A stretch of DNA of 64,000 nt from Octopus vulgaris (lineage: Eukaryota), in NCBI GenBank assembly GCA_951406725.2, contig OX597814.1, positions 160,518,001-160,582,000 of the forward strand, written 5' to 3'. The position numbers and the translations under genes were made by a program. Positions 14,031 to 30,881 of the stretch are shown one piece after another (position 1 is the first letter of the stretch; the number at the start of each line of letters is the position of its first letter). The notes beneath the pieces were generated by a model. The model worked only from the letters and a program-made list of their open reading frames with translations, had not been told where the DNA came from and did not search any database.

Positions 14031-14499
14031 TATTTATTTCATTTCCTTATTTCACAACTACTTCTTGATCGCCTCCACCTGCACTGCATGTTGATGTGAT
14101 ATATCCCCATCATATATTCTTACTCCCTATCGAAAGTTGCTTTGATGAATATTGTTATCTAATCTCACATATTAAGCAATCGTTTATTATTTATCCTTAA
14201 CCAAGTATTGAAATATTTAACCATGCAACAATTTATTTAACAATCTATTTACTCAATCTTTTTCCTTAATTACTTCAGTATTTATCCATTTACTTAATAA
14301 ACTATTTTTGTATCATCCGCTTAATTAGATATTCATTAAATCAATACACATTATAATAGTTTTCATATATACATTGCACAAAGTCTTCCAGAGGTAATTC
14401 TCATCTACAGGTAACTATCACCACAACACCATCGATATTAATCAACCACGTTCTACGGCATCTTATTGTGTTATCCTCCATATTTTATTTTATCTCACA

Positions 14500-14810
14500 C
14501 TAGCTGTATAGCACGGCGTTGCTCGGGTTTGTTTTTTAGTTGCGCTTAAAACGCAGACTTTGATGTCGCGTTAAGAAAGTTTTGACATAGTTTCAATCTT
14601 TTTTGAAAAGTAAAAATTTTGCATTATGTAGCTTGTTATTCTCTTTAAGTGAACATTCTTCTGGTTGAAATACACCGAAAAGTTTCGACACAGCAGTCAA
14701 AATATCGTAAAAAATAGGGGATTTTCATAAAAAAAAAAAAAGCACCTTTTTGATGTAAATAATGTTTGGTCTTAACATGGTCCGATTGTAATTTTTTCTT
14801 CTACGGAATG
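14500..14810 (-). mobile_element. Helitron-like non-autonomous element, 3' end
   Basis: Minus strand ends cccgagcaacgccgtgctatacagCTAG|t, i.e. an imperfect GC-rich hairpin shortly before a CTAG terminus followed by T. Confidence 0.55.
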
Positions 14811-15214
14811 AAGACGGGTGTGTAAACAACAAACAGATGTATCAGTTAACGCTCGGGAATTGAGAAAATCTTTTACGTTTCAAGCATATGCTCTTCAACA
14901 AAATGGAACACAACCACTCTATTAACTGTAGAAAGCGGGGTCCCAAGGTTTTCTGCCATTTTACGCTGACTATGTCCACCTTCAAATTGATCGACAATAA
15001 GGGCTCTTAGATATTCGGACTGTCCCAAGGCATTTCTTTTCTTTTTTTTTTTCTTTTGTACATGGCATGATTAAACAGTCACACAGAGAACCTGAATCGT
15101 AAAAATGCCAATTAATAAAAAATATAAACCTCTACAAGATAGAATAAACATAAACCGATGTTTTATGGGATGTCTATTTACTTTTGTCATCTCTGTGTGT
15201 ATATGTGTGTATAT

Positions 15215-15275
<61 letters not shown>

Positions 15276-15333
15276 TGTATGTATGTATGTATGTATGTAT
15301 ATTTTTATGTGTTTATATGTATATGTTTATTTA

Positions 15334-15432
<99 letters not shown>

Positions 15433-15523
15433 TCAACAATTGAGGGTAAAATTAATTAATTAATCAATTTCACCAAGTATTCAGTATGCAAAGGGACCAT
15501 TTAAGGCGAATTCAAATTATTAC

Positions 15524-15817
15524 ATTATATAAAAGGGCTTAGTAAAATAAATTACTTTGCCGCATACTGAACTCATTAGAAATAGCAGCTAAAAAAAACT
15601 TTTTTAAAACTATTTCCAATACTTAAAGAAAATCTCTCTCATATAGTGTTTGCTCAATTCAACTCACGACACTCATACTGTCGTGAGTTGAATTGAGCAA
15701 ACACTATATGAGAGAGATTTTCTTTAAGTATTGGAAATAGTTTTAAAAAAGTTTTTTTAGCTGCTATTTCTAATGAGTTCAGTATGCGGCAAAGTAATTT
15801 ATTTTACTAAGCCCTTT

Positions 15818-15825
<8 letters not shown>
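15524..15825. repeat. Near-perfect long inverted repeat (148/147-bp arms, 7-nt loop)
   Basis: 15524-15671 is the reverse complement of 15679-15825 apart from one homopolymer indel (A8 vs T7). Loop ctcatac. Confidence 0.95.
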
Positions 15826-15853
<28 letters not shown>

Positions 15854-16550
15854 TGCTAGGTTCAAATCTCGCAGTAGCCGACGCTTTTCACCCTTCTTTG
15901 ATAGGAAGAATAAAGGCCATTGAAAACCAGACTCCATTAATTCACTCATGTTCCTGTCCGTAATATTTATCCTTATGCTTATATTAGACATTATGATTGT
16001 CACCTTTTCGCCTCTGCATATGTTTTCTATCATCGACAATCATTTACCCTGTCATTTTACAGAACTTTGTTTTTTGCTATAGTGGCTCTTTTATTATTAA
16101 ATTCATAGACAATCTGTTTATCTATCAATCCGTCTATATATTGATCTCGCTATCCCTGTCTATTTTTACATTCGATGAGAAAACATGGTGTTAGAAAATC
16201 ACGATATTCGATATATTGGAAATTTTGTAAAATACAAACAGAATTATTGATAATGCTTTTCCTAAACTGAAACTTTAAAACGCGGTGAGTTAGAAGTGTT
16301 GGCAGTAATTGGAAAACAAAGATAGATTTTTAGATACACTCGTTTGAAGAAATATTTCCTCATTATAAATATATTTTCACAGTGATAGAATGACGCGTTT
16401 ACTGGACGGGGACTCGTGGACAGATTCTTCTCTAAAGATGCATCTCATACTGTTAAGTGGCACACTTCTGTGATAAATATAATCAGTCACAAAGTATGCA
16501 TTCATGTATTCACACACACACACACACACACAGTGGCACACACACATACA

Positions 16551-16636
<86 letters not shown>

Positions 16637-16751
16637 AGTAGTAGAATGAATTATCTTGTTCTGGATAATTCGGTTAACCGATACCCGGGTAGCAAATTCA
16701 CATCAGAGAAGACACGTTTGAAGTTACGTGCTTTCGTGTGGAAATTTGTAT

Positions 16752-16820
<69 letters not shown>

Positions 16821-17252
16821 TGTATGTATGTATGTATGTATAATTTAAAATCGATTGTTTCGGTTCTGTGCTACTTCAAGTTTCGCAGGTCCCTGACGGG
16901 AGCCCGATGCCAAACGTATCCCAATGTAGTCCTTATAGTCCTTTGTACACCCTGATGATTTTCCATTCAAGGTATTTAAAATGCAAAATTATATATTTAT
17001 ATGTTTTGTAATTGTAGTTTTGTTTGTGAAATGAAACAGTTGTAGGTGAATATGTTAAGTAATTAATATATTAATTTGTATCCATTAGATCTCTCTGTTT
17101 TCTAACTCGATAAAAATATTGGATATTTTACAATATTTGATATATATATATATCTTCAAACGATATCTTTCATATATATCTCTTCAAAATATATTAAACC
17201 ATTGTATCTTGAATAAAATATCCCTATAAGAGGTTTAAATATCCTCATTGTG

Positions 17253-17288
<36 letters not shown>

Positions 17289-18041
17289 TGTAGGGATACA
17301 CTAAACAGAGTGGAATGAAATATAAGTGCGTGCGTACAGTTGTATTTAATATGTTCGTGTACACAAGAATATAGACAGACACTGGCAGAAATTGTCTCGA
17401 GAGAAAATTTTTTCCGGTATGTCTGAAAAACACAACTGAGCTATGAATGATATCATCGGAGTATAGGACACATACATTTCTGCGTAGTTGCGCGTCATCA
17501 ACTACAGTTACTGAGTCGTTGCTCATAAACACTAAGAAGAACAGAAAACGGAACATTTGTTGATGTGCCAAAAGCTTTGCCAAGCTGAAATTTATTTATT
17601 ACAAGCGTACTAAACAACGTTGAATGAAATATAGATGTATGTGACAGTACGCAACTATGCACACACGCACACGCACGCATGGACGCGCGCGCACACACAC
17701 ACACATTTATACATACATACATACATACATACATACATACATACATACATACATACATACATACAAATATACATACATACATACATACATATGTATGTGT
17801 GTATGTATGCATTTGTACATGTGTGTGTTTGTATTTGCGTATGTATGTATAACCGTATATGAATGCTTGTATGTATACATGCATTTAAGTGAATCTGTGT
17901 ATGTGTATGTATGCATTTGTACGTATGTGTGTTGTATTTGCGTGTGTATGTATAACCGTATGTGAATGCTTGTATGTATATATACATTTATGTGAATCCG
18001 TGTATGTGTGTGTGAGTGTGTGAGTGTGTCAGTGTGTGTGT

Positions 18042-18145
<104 letters not shown>

Positions 18146-19069
18146 GTTCTACGTATCGGCTGTATACACATAGCACATATCGAGACTAAATCTGTCAGAT
18201 GAGTTCATTAATATATATACAAGGGATGTTTGCAGCGTCCACTGTCTGTTGTGTTGCATGTCAAAGGATCAGAACGCAATAAAGAACACAGCTTGATGAA
18301 CAATAGCCGCCTGCTGATAACCGGACTTGGAGGCGCAAAAGACCGGTAGAGGGCACTGCTGTAATACTAATACGAGGAGGAAGTTACAGTACTTCCCTAG
18401 AAGGGAAATTTGCAAGAATTGAGAGAAAGAGCAGGAATTTTAAAGAAATTAATTTCCTACCCAAATACATTAAGTAACCAATGTTGATCACTTAGGCCAT
18501 AAATGTCTATTATTTTCAATACAAGCCAAGGCTTCCAGGATATGAAGGTTACTGTATTCTTTATTCTTTCTTTACCTTATTTCTTTCTCTTTTCTCTCGC
18601 TCTTCCTCTCTCACGCTCTCTCTTCTTTCTTTTATCTTTCCTCTCTCGTTCTTGACTCTTCTCTTTCTTTTTATCTCTTCTCTCAGTTTCACCAGCTTCA
18701 TTTTTTTGCTTTCACTTTCTTTCTCTCTCTTTCTACCCCACTCTCTCTCTCTCTCTCTCTCTCTATCACACACACACACACACACACAAAATACACACTT
18801 ATGTACACGGTGCACACACACACGCACGCACAAATATTCACACATGCACACAATAACGCACAAACATACAGGCACAACTGCGGTTTTGATTGATTATGTC
18901 TCCACCACAACGCCATCTCATAAACACAGCAACCTCAGAATTAAGAATTGAAATTACGGAATTCCATTAGTATAGCATTTTCGACTATTTTCGGCTTTGC
19001 AAAGAGCTCCTGGCTGGACTATGATCGTTTATTTGTTCCTTTATTTACCATTTATTTATCTATCTATTT

Positions 19070-19385
19070 CTGTGGTTACATCGTCGGGCTCGCAATCATG
19101 ATGTAGTGAGTTCGAATCCCCAGACCGGGATGTATGTTGAGTTTTTGAGCAAGACGCTTTATTTCACATTGCTCCAGTTCACTCAGCTGTAGGAATGAGT
19201 CGTGACGTTACTGGTGCCAAACTGTATCAGCCATTGCCTTGTATAACATTAGTGGCGGAGAGAGGGGAAGCTGGTATGCATGGGCAACTGCTAGTCTTCC
19301 ATAAACAACCTTGCCCGGGCTCGTTCCTCGAAGGGGAACTTTCTAGGTGCAATCCCATGGTTATTCATGATCAAAGGGGATCTTT
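19070..19385 (+). mobile_element. tRNA-derived SINE (additional family)
   Basis: B box gagttcgaatccc, then ttgagcaagac..ttgctccagttcactcagctg. Related pieces at 256-470(+), 4330-4505(-) and 13040-13150(-). Confidence 0.65.
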
Positions 19386-19919
19386 ACTATTTAATTTCTT
19401 TATATATGTCTAGTTTGTTAATCTAAATTATAGTATTGACAATATTTTTGTTGCCAACATTTTTTTTGCCACCATCGACGGCGCCATTTTACTTCAATAT
19501 CTTAATATCTATTGATCACTACACATCCAGTTTTGTGGCGGGGTCTTAACTTTCTTTGCCCTTATTTTTTTCTAATTGAGATTATACAATCACACATACA
19601 TTCACCTTTTACTTGTATAAGTCATTTGACTGCGGCCATCCTGGGGCACCGCTTTGAAGAACTTTAGTCGAACGAATCGACCCCAGAACTTTTTTTATTA
19701 AGCCCAGTATTTATTCAATCGATTCCTTTTGCGAACCGCTATGTTACAAGGGCATAAACACATCAACACTGGTTGTCCTAGCGGTGACGGGGTATAATCA
19801 CAGACACAAAGACGCACACGCACACACATACATATTTACATACACACACACACACACACACTCACACACACACACACACACATACACACATTTATATATA
19901 CATACACATGATCGTTCTT

Positions 19920-20366
19920 TCTAATATAGGTACAAAGCTAGGAGCTTGAAGGTAGGAGTAAGTTGTTTGCATTGCTCCGGCATTTGACTGGTACTTATTT
20001 AAACGGTCCCGAAAGGAGGAAAAGTAAGGCTGATCTTGGTGACATTTGAACTCAGAATGTAAAGAGCCGGAAGAGATGCTGCTAAGCATTTTGACCAATG
20101 CTACAACGATTGTGCCAGTTCGCTGCTGTACTAAGCTTTTTTTTTTACTATAGGCACAAGGTCGGAAATTTTAAAGGAGTGGGTGGGTTAGTCGATTACA
20201 TCGACTCCAGTACGAAACTGGTAATTATTTTAATTGATCCCGAAAAGATAAAAGGAAAAATCGACCTGGGCGGAATTTGAATCCAGAACTAAAAACAGAA
20301 AGAAATACCACTAAGCATTTTTTTCCAGCGTGCTAACGATTCTGCCTGCATGCCATCTTGACCACC

Positions 20367-20448
<82 letters not shown>

Positions 20449-20454
20449 TAATGG

Positions 20455-20492
<38 letters not shown>

Positions 20493-20640
20493 GTTTCAAA
20501 TTTTGGCACAGGGCCAGCAATTTTGGAGGAGGGAGTAAGTCGATTACATCGACCACAGTACTCAGCTGGTACTTATTTCATCGACCCCAAAAGGATATAA
20601 AGCAAAGTCGACCGCGGTAGAATTCGAACTCGGAACGTAA
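19920..20640 (-). mobile_element. Three SINE family B copies
   Basis: Reverse-complement matches to the family B unit. Other single copies at ~5557-5750, 21415-21600, 33230-33430, 42680-42860 (+) and 39715-39840 (-). Confidence 0.75.
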
Positions 20641-21084
20641 ATTAAAGTTGCAGCTATTTCTGGAAAGCACCTATAATGCATAGTTGCTAGCTCAAACTTC
20701 GGTAGCTTCCAAAGAAGAAACTACATACAGTTGAACAAATTGTCTGTGTTGATCACCAATTGGATGCAGAGTACACAGCCATCTGACACATGGTTGTGTA
20801 CTCTAAAACAATGAGGTTCTTTTCTTAGAAGTTCAGAAATCTAAACTCTTATATGATAAAGATGATAAAGATGAATGGTACAATGATATGTTTCCTTTTA
20901 AATTTAGGCTTTATGGATTATGAAGTTCGCTCGTGGGAGGCCTTTGGTAAGAAGGGCATTCTCGTTTTACTACAGGTGGCAGAACGCCCGCCTTGGCTTT
21001 TCTGTAGAAATATATTTTGTGTTGCAAAATTGGCACAATACATTCATTCTCCACAATAAACACAAATTTTTCTCTTTCTCCTCC

Positions 21085-21139
<55 letters not shown>

Positions 21140-21286
21140 ACACCACATTCCTCTCCTTTTCTCGCTACCTCTTCCTTCAACTAGCTATTTAACCACATAT
21201 CATAAAAGCAATCTCTTTTCTCCCGCCACCACCGCTAACACACTCAATCTCTCTCTTTCTCTCTCTTTCTTTATCTCTCTCTCTTT

Positions 21287-21341
<55 letters not shown>

Positions 21342-24300
21342 CCTCTCCCTTCAACTAAGTACATGACAGAGTCACATATTTGGCCTTACCGTTTTGATAT
21401 ATGCATCATGAAAAGCGGCGAGCTGGCAGAATCATTACTGCAGCGGAAAAACTGCTTAGCTGCAGTCTTCGAACTTCACATTCTGAGTTCAAATGTCACC
21501 GGGGTCGACTTTGCCTTTCATCCTTTCGGAGTTGATGAAATAAGCTCCAATTAGGTCCTGAAGTTGATGTAATCGACTTTCCTCTCCCTGAAATTGTTGG
21601 CTTAATATATAGATGATAAAGTGAGAACAAAATATATAGATAATGAAGTGAGAACAAGAATAAGGCAGGGGTTCAAGCAAATAATGTGATTGATCAAAAT
21701 AAACTGTTCAGTCAAATTTTTACAGCATGCCTACTGAGGAGGAGTAATAATACCGAAACACGTCCGGAGTTGTCAGCGTATTTGAAGAAAATCAGACTCA
21801 CTCCGCACTATATTATCCACAGATCATTTTTTTTACTAATATTAATTTATTTGAATTTCAGGACTGACTGTCTTGCTTTTCTTGACCATAATAATTATTC
21901 AGGCAAATAGTTTGTTCTCCTTATTACGGACGTAATTTTAATTAATTAAAACAACTTGGTTCGCGGCACTAAGTGTTCTAGCTCCCCTCTTACTAAATAA
22001 TGTCAGTTGACGGAGACAAAAGGAAAACTGGTGACTTTACAAGTATTTAAACGGTTGTAAAATTATCAATATACGCATATATACGTATATATATGGTTAT
22101 ATATACGATTATTACGTCCTCATAAACCGTTATCATGTACATATGAACCGCTGTATAAATGGTTATTATGCATCAAAAACAATGTTACATTTGAAATTGT
22201 ATTAACATTACTAAAAGTTAACAAAATCTGGTGGTACGTAATGTACAAAATATACTGGATTTGGTTTCGTTTTTGCTTTTGTTTTTTTTTTTACGTAAAG
22301 AATAGCAACTATTTAATGTAAATAAACGACATTGATTCGAGGTTAACAAGATGAACACAAACAAGAATCTTGTTTATTAGATTATAGTGCAGAGAAAAAT
22401 ATTTAATCTCTGTTTACAACTTAATTTTGTTCGTCTGTCATGCGTGAAGTGAAGCTGAAGAAGACATCTTCACGAGTTAGATACTCGACAAACTCCAAAA
22501 CATCTTAGCGAGTCAATGACTCGGTTACCTCTTAAAAACAAAGTGACAACACTTATAAATAAATAAATAAATAAATAAAAGATGGGGGCAACACTTTATA
22601 AAATCTCTGCCATTTAATAGCAACCCTAATCCTAATACTTCTAGTTACTTCTTTACTATTTTACCTATTTTTTTTCCATCTACATTTTTCCCCCTTTTTC
22701 TTTCTTTTTTTCTTTTCTTTTTCTATTTCAATCTCTGTTCAGCTAATTTCGTTCCGGTTTCTTTATTCCTCTATTTTTTCTTCCTCCACATCTCTATCAC
22801 ATTTACGATCTTCTACCTCTCTTTCTCCCTCCTCCTTCTTTCTCTCTCTCTCCCACACACACACACATACACACACACACACACGTCTATATACTTCAAA
22901 CTATCTTTCTTTCATCTATTATTTTCTCTCACTCCTACATACACCCTCTTCCATTTTCTTCCTTACCCTCAGTTATTTCTTTACTCCATACTTCCTCCTC
23001 ATTCGACATTTATTTCCTTAAGTTTTTATATATTACTTTCCCATCGATACTCTCCGATTCAATATAATTCCGACAATTTAGCATCTTCAGTTGGCACAAT
23101 TCCACAATGTTCTTGGAACAAAAATCACATTTCACGCATCTTTCGTGATGAACAAATAATGTCTGCTCTTTGTTCATGTTGACGATGTAGAATGTTACTT
23201 TGTCTTGTAGTCTAGTTTACTGTGTAATATTTAAACAGTTTTTAAAAATTGTTATTACGCATTTTTATTAGATATTTTGTCGGCTGTTAATTAAATAAGC
23301 ACATTGACATCTTGGCTTCACACGGACACAGTGGATTGTAAATATAGAGAAGCTCCTAATAACAAAAGTTTTTAAAACCAAAATTATGCATTAAAGACCA
23401 GCTCTACAGATAAAGGGGTAACTTAACTCCTGATAGAGTCATGGGAGAGCTGTCCTGGCTTTTAATACAAACAGAAAGAATAAGAGAAAAGAATCGACCC
23501 AGTAATGTGTTGTACTTTATTTATCGACCTTGGAAATATGAAATCAACATTTGACCTCGATTATTAATTCATGACACCTTAACGACAATGCCAGTTGCGT
23601 TGGAGAGAAGATTAAAATATATCTGGTTCCTGGAAAACCTACACTAATACACTTGGCTAATGAAAATTGTTGCATAACTGACACTGAATTAGAAATTTGT
23701 TCTACATTTTGATGTGAGTAGATGAATATATCACGAGTTCTGTTTATGACAATTGGATAGATGAATGTATAATGCATTTTCCAACGGTTTTCGGTAACCA
23801 ATCAAATTTCTGTGATTAATCATATTTCGTTGTATTATGAATATTTTTGTATCTTTATGCTACAATACTGCTACGTTGCTTCTTTCCAATAACTGCTTAA
23901 ATAATCATCAAACTGAAACTCAGAGTATCGATTTAAGAAGCTTGAACTTCAAATAGCATATATACACAAGCTCTGCTTAATATGTTGAGTACATTTTTCC
24001 TCGTTTGTAACCACAGTCGTTCGCCAATGCATGCATAAAGCGTATTATATTATGAATTAAATATGTGTTTAGCTGTCCCACGAGGTAGCTTGTGTTAAAT
24101 GTTCCATATTTTCTTTTTACGGTACGCTTGATATCCATTTTTCCGTTTGTTTAATCTACATAGGCGTAAATTAATAGCATGAACTTATTATTGGGTCACT
24201 GTGCATTCTCAAAGATTAAATAAATCGCTTGGATGAACTAAAATTGCACTACCTACGTGCATGTGAATCAGCCAATTACATAGATGGTGGCATGATTTAA

Positions 24301-25245
24301 GCATTCTAACTTTTATGTTCCCTTTATGAAGCACACCCAAACGTATTTTCATTGTTTTTCTAAAACAGTTGTTGTTTCTGAATAGTATACAAAGTAACTG
24401 CTTCCTTCTAGTTTCCATTCCTGGTTGATTTATATATCACCTACAAATGTTGTCAACAATCACTTAATCCCTGTTGCTTAACTAAGTTAGAGTCTTCAGT
24501 TCAACAGCTGCTGATTACGTAAATGGTCAATGAAAGAGCTGCGTGTGAACCGATGATAATTTTGATAAATATTTCATATTTTCTTCATTTGATATTATTT
24601 CAGGCTCACACTTCTTGGCTATTTAATTCAAATAGACACAAGTCTTAGCACTATAACTAATTGATGGATCATTGAGCACTCTCATTAACTAAAATTGTAA
24701 TGTCCCAATTCTTGTGTGTGTCTGTGTGTGCGCATGGTTTCTTTGTAGACATACATATATGCTCTAGCAAGTATGCACGTACGTATTGGTATATATTACT
24801 CAAGCCGCATTGTATTGGACTAAATCGGTAATGAATATACACATGGATGGATGGATGGTGAGTGGATAAAAAGACATATACATGTGTATATGTATGTAAG
24901 TATCTCTGAATGATTGAGAGAAAGCAATGTAACGTGTTAGTATATATAGCAGTCATGGACGAATTGCCCACGGAACTTTCTGAAAGGTAACGCCAAACGG
25001 AAAATTGTCTTCAATTTCATTAGTAGCGTAGTCCGCTTATGATAAACCATGTCTCATGCGGTCCGCTTTTCAAAAACTGTTGCTCGTCCCTCGTACATAA
25101 TGATATGAACAAGCGAGTATTTCAGGCATGTGAGTCCCTAATATGTTTAATATTATATAAAATCAGATATAAAAGGAAAAATAAAAAGTAAACTAAGTAC
25201 AAAAAGATGAATCTGACACATATTTTTTTGTATTTTCCATTTCAG

Positions 25246-25515
25246 AGAGCGCCAGTAGTCAAAAGCCGAAGGCAAAACGCGTGCGAACAACTTTTACCGA
25301 AGAACAGCTACAGTTTCTACAAGCAAAATTTCAACTGGACAGTAACCCTGATGGTAACGATTTGGAGCAGATAGCAGCCCAAGCAGGCCTCAGTAAGCGA
25401 GTCACACAGGTGTGGTTTCAGAACAGCCGGGCGCGGCAGAAAAAGTATCAGCAACAACGAAATAAAATCAATGGGAGCTCACGGACTCTTTCCCCTCCAA
25501 CGGGAGTTAACTCTA
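25246..25515 (+). CDS. Awh: LIM-homeobox gene (Arrowhead/Lhx6-8 class), homeodomain exon
   Basis: Acceptor tattttccatttcag ends at 25245 and is phase-compatible with the previous exon (g+ag=Glu). Encodes SASSQKPKAKRVRTTFTEEQLQFLQAKFQLDSNPDGNDLEQIAAQAGLSKRVTQVWFQNSRARQKKYQ, an Awh-type homeodomain (DSNPDG, WFQNSRARQKK). The probable donor a|gtatgt at 25516 is less certain than the 5' boundary. Confidence 0.92.
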
Positions 25516-25714
25516 GTATGTTTCCTTGCCCAGCTACTAGTACCTACTTTTGCCACTATGGGGAGTTGATATCAGTCCAGCTCAAGTCTGGTGGTTGGCA
25601 TTGTAGCCGTTTCCCTTAGGCAGTAGGTGAAATTAATTTGTGATTATAATAATGCTCATTGTAGTAACCGCTAACTGCCTTTCGAAACTATTCTATAAGG
25701 GCTATACACGCATA

Positions 25715-28320
<2,606 letters not shown>

Positions 28321-28945
28321 TATTTGTATGTTTATGTACGTATATATTACCCACACAAATATTTTACGGATGGAAAACAATATATTCTAAAAAAATAATG
28401 GTATTAATTTTTTCTCTTATGGTAATAGTTATACTTAAATATACTTCAACATTACCGTGGCTTTAAATGGTAACCATTCTGTACTACAGAATGACGTTTA
28501 TGAAAGGATTTTTCTCGGACGGAAACTGCACCTCTTGGTGTTTCACTGACCTACAGAAAATCTTAATAGAATTTTTATAATAGAGCTGCTTCTAATGCAT
28601 AATTCGAATTAAGGAAACGTAGTGTTACAATAACGAATTTTTAAAAATAATATCATACAATAACAATATGAACTTTTACAGCAACAAATATATGTTGCAA
28701 TAACATGTAATAACATTTTTTTATTATTCTTATGTATGCATTCTGAGCTATGTTAAATTCCGTTAATTTCGGGTGCCCGAGCTCGCTGTGGAGTATCATT
28801 GATTAACTTCTTTATACAAGAACTATGCCAAATATATGTGAGTATATATATATATATATATACATACACACATATATGTGTGTGTGCATGCATGCATGTA
28901 TGTATATATATATATATATATATATAGATGTGCGTACATACATAT

Positions 28946-28999
<54 letters not shown>

Positions 29000-30833
29000 G
29001 TGTGTGTATTTATATGTGTGTTTATATGCACGCACACACACACACATACACACGCGCGCGCGCGCGCGCACACAAATACGCTGTAGTGTTTGGTTAGTAT
29101 AGTAATACCATGATACCTGTAATATATTAGGGGTTAGTCAATTTTCCATAATGCCTACCACCTCCCAAAATGGCCTCTCAATTGTCAATATGTTTTCTAT
29201 TTTAATAAGTCAGTATCTTTACTTGAAGTCAATACTAATTGTTAACTGATGTTTGCCTGATTAAAATTTGCTCCTGGCCGAGCTTACAGGGTACTATTTC
29301 ACATGACACTTAATCGGGATGATCAGTGACACTTTGCTTGAAAAGAAATAGCTAAATCTGTTCTAATATATTCAATGTAGAATTACGAGAACTTTTAATT
29401 AAACTCACCAACACCACCACCACCCATGGTAAGAGGGGGAAAATAGTCTAGAAAGGGGAGGCACTCAAAATTTTAGTTTTCAAGTCGACAGTTGAACACT
29501 TCGTATTCCACCAACGCCACAGCACTTTAATCATAATTAGTACACTTAATTCTCTGTAGTTACCGCTACGATGAGTGTCAGTACTGTATAATTACATTAA
29601 TGTATAGAACTCGCTCAGTTATAAGCCTCTTATGGTGCTAGAGTAGACAACAGATGTCTTCAAACCAGAATCTGTAATGCTTCTCTGCGGCTTGCTCCTA
29701 TATTCGGGACATGGTTATGCTTACTAAGTAAGTCAACATTTTATCTGACTATTGACTCACCGTGCTGATGTATCCATTAATAGGTGACTACCTATTATCA
29801 GAAAGAATTAAATTCTGTGGCTACGACTTCCATATTACATCCTGTTACACCGACGACAAATTTAAGCGCAATGTTTGTCCGGTTCCACTCTGGTTCTTTG
29901 TATAATATGAGAAATACGTATTAAAGCAATTATGCTTGCAAGATAGAATAAAACAGGTACAAAGGAGATTATAACATATTTATGTAATAGTGTGTAGCAA
30001 ACATTAGGTATGCAACACTCGACGCTAGATCTGCTGTTTCAATTCATAATTTCATAATGTCGAATTTGAACACCTTAAAAATGTTATAAATACTTATTAT
30101 GGTGGTAAGCCATCTGAAAGTTTCATAATTTTGTCTAAATTAACAGAACAATATCCTATAAACCAGTGTTCGAAATATCACTGAAGATTTCGTTGATTTT
30201 AACGACTCTAGGAGGAATATATCAAAGTAATTTCCTATCCTTTTTCTCTAGGTCTTTGTAGAGATTTGAATTTATCGCAGCAAACCAATGAAAAACTTCA
30301 GTTATACAGAGAACTCGCATTAGTAAATTTTAGGAACCCAATGAGGAAAAGTTTATGTGGTCGCTGGACCTGTTAGACATATCAGCCAAATCTCACTCTA
30401 CTATCTTAAAAAAACATAAGAACACATCGCCTGATAAGATTCTAGATGCGTTGCCCCCAGAAAATGCTGGGGTGGTCACTGTTGTAACGCCATTGATCAT
30501 AAATCTGTTACTGATGTCGTTTGTTTGGTTAGGGCTGAACAACTGCATTCTGTTTACAAGATGAACGGAGCTAATGTGAGTTTTGTATTTTCCCCAGGGA
30601 CATAACACATTTTTGGTAACTTAATATGAAACAATAATTCTTAAAGTCAGTTAGTTAAATTAGAGCCACACCAGTTCCCATTGCCGATATCATCCGAAGT
30701 TTTTTATCGATTGATGTTGATTGTTTTAGATTTTAAGTACTCCTCAGAGTGAGTTTTTATTCTTATTTGGTTGAATAATCTTAGTCTATCAAAGATTTTA
30801 TTTTTTAAGATAAATATTATATATATACATACT

Positions 30834-30878
<45 letters not shown>

Positions 30879-30881
<3 letters not shown>

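Noticed and set aside
17790-18005. Short local tandem duplications (2 x ~100 bp here; also ~41000-41100, 41830-41880, 42050-42085, 21605-21660, 43640-43685)
   Set aside because: Ordinary slippage-type duplications in low-complexity DNA with no sign of function.
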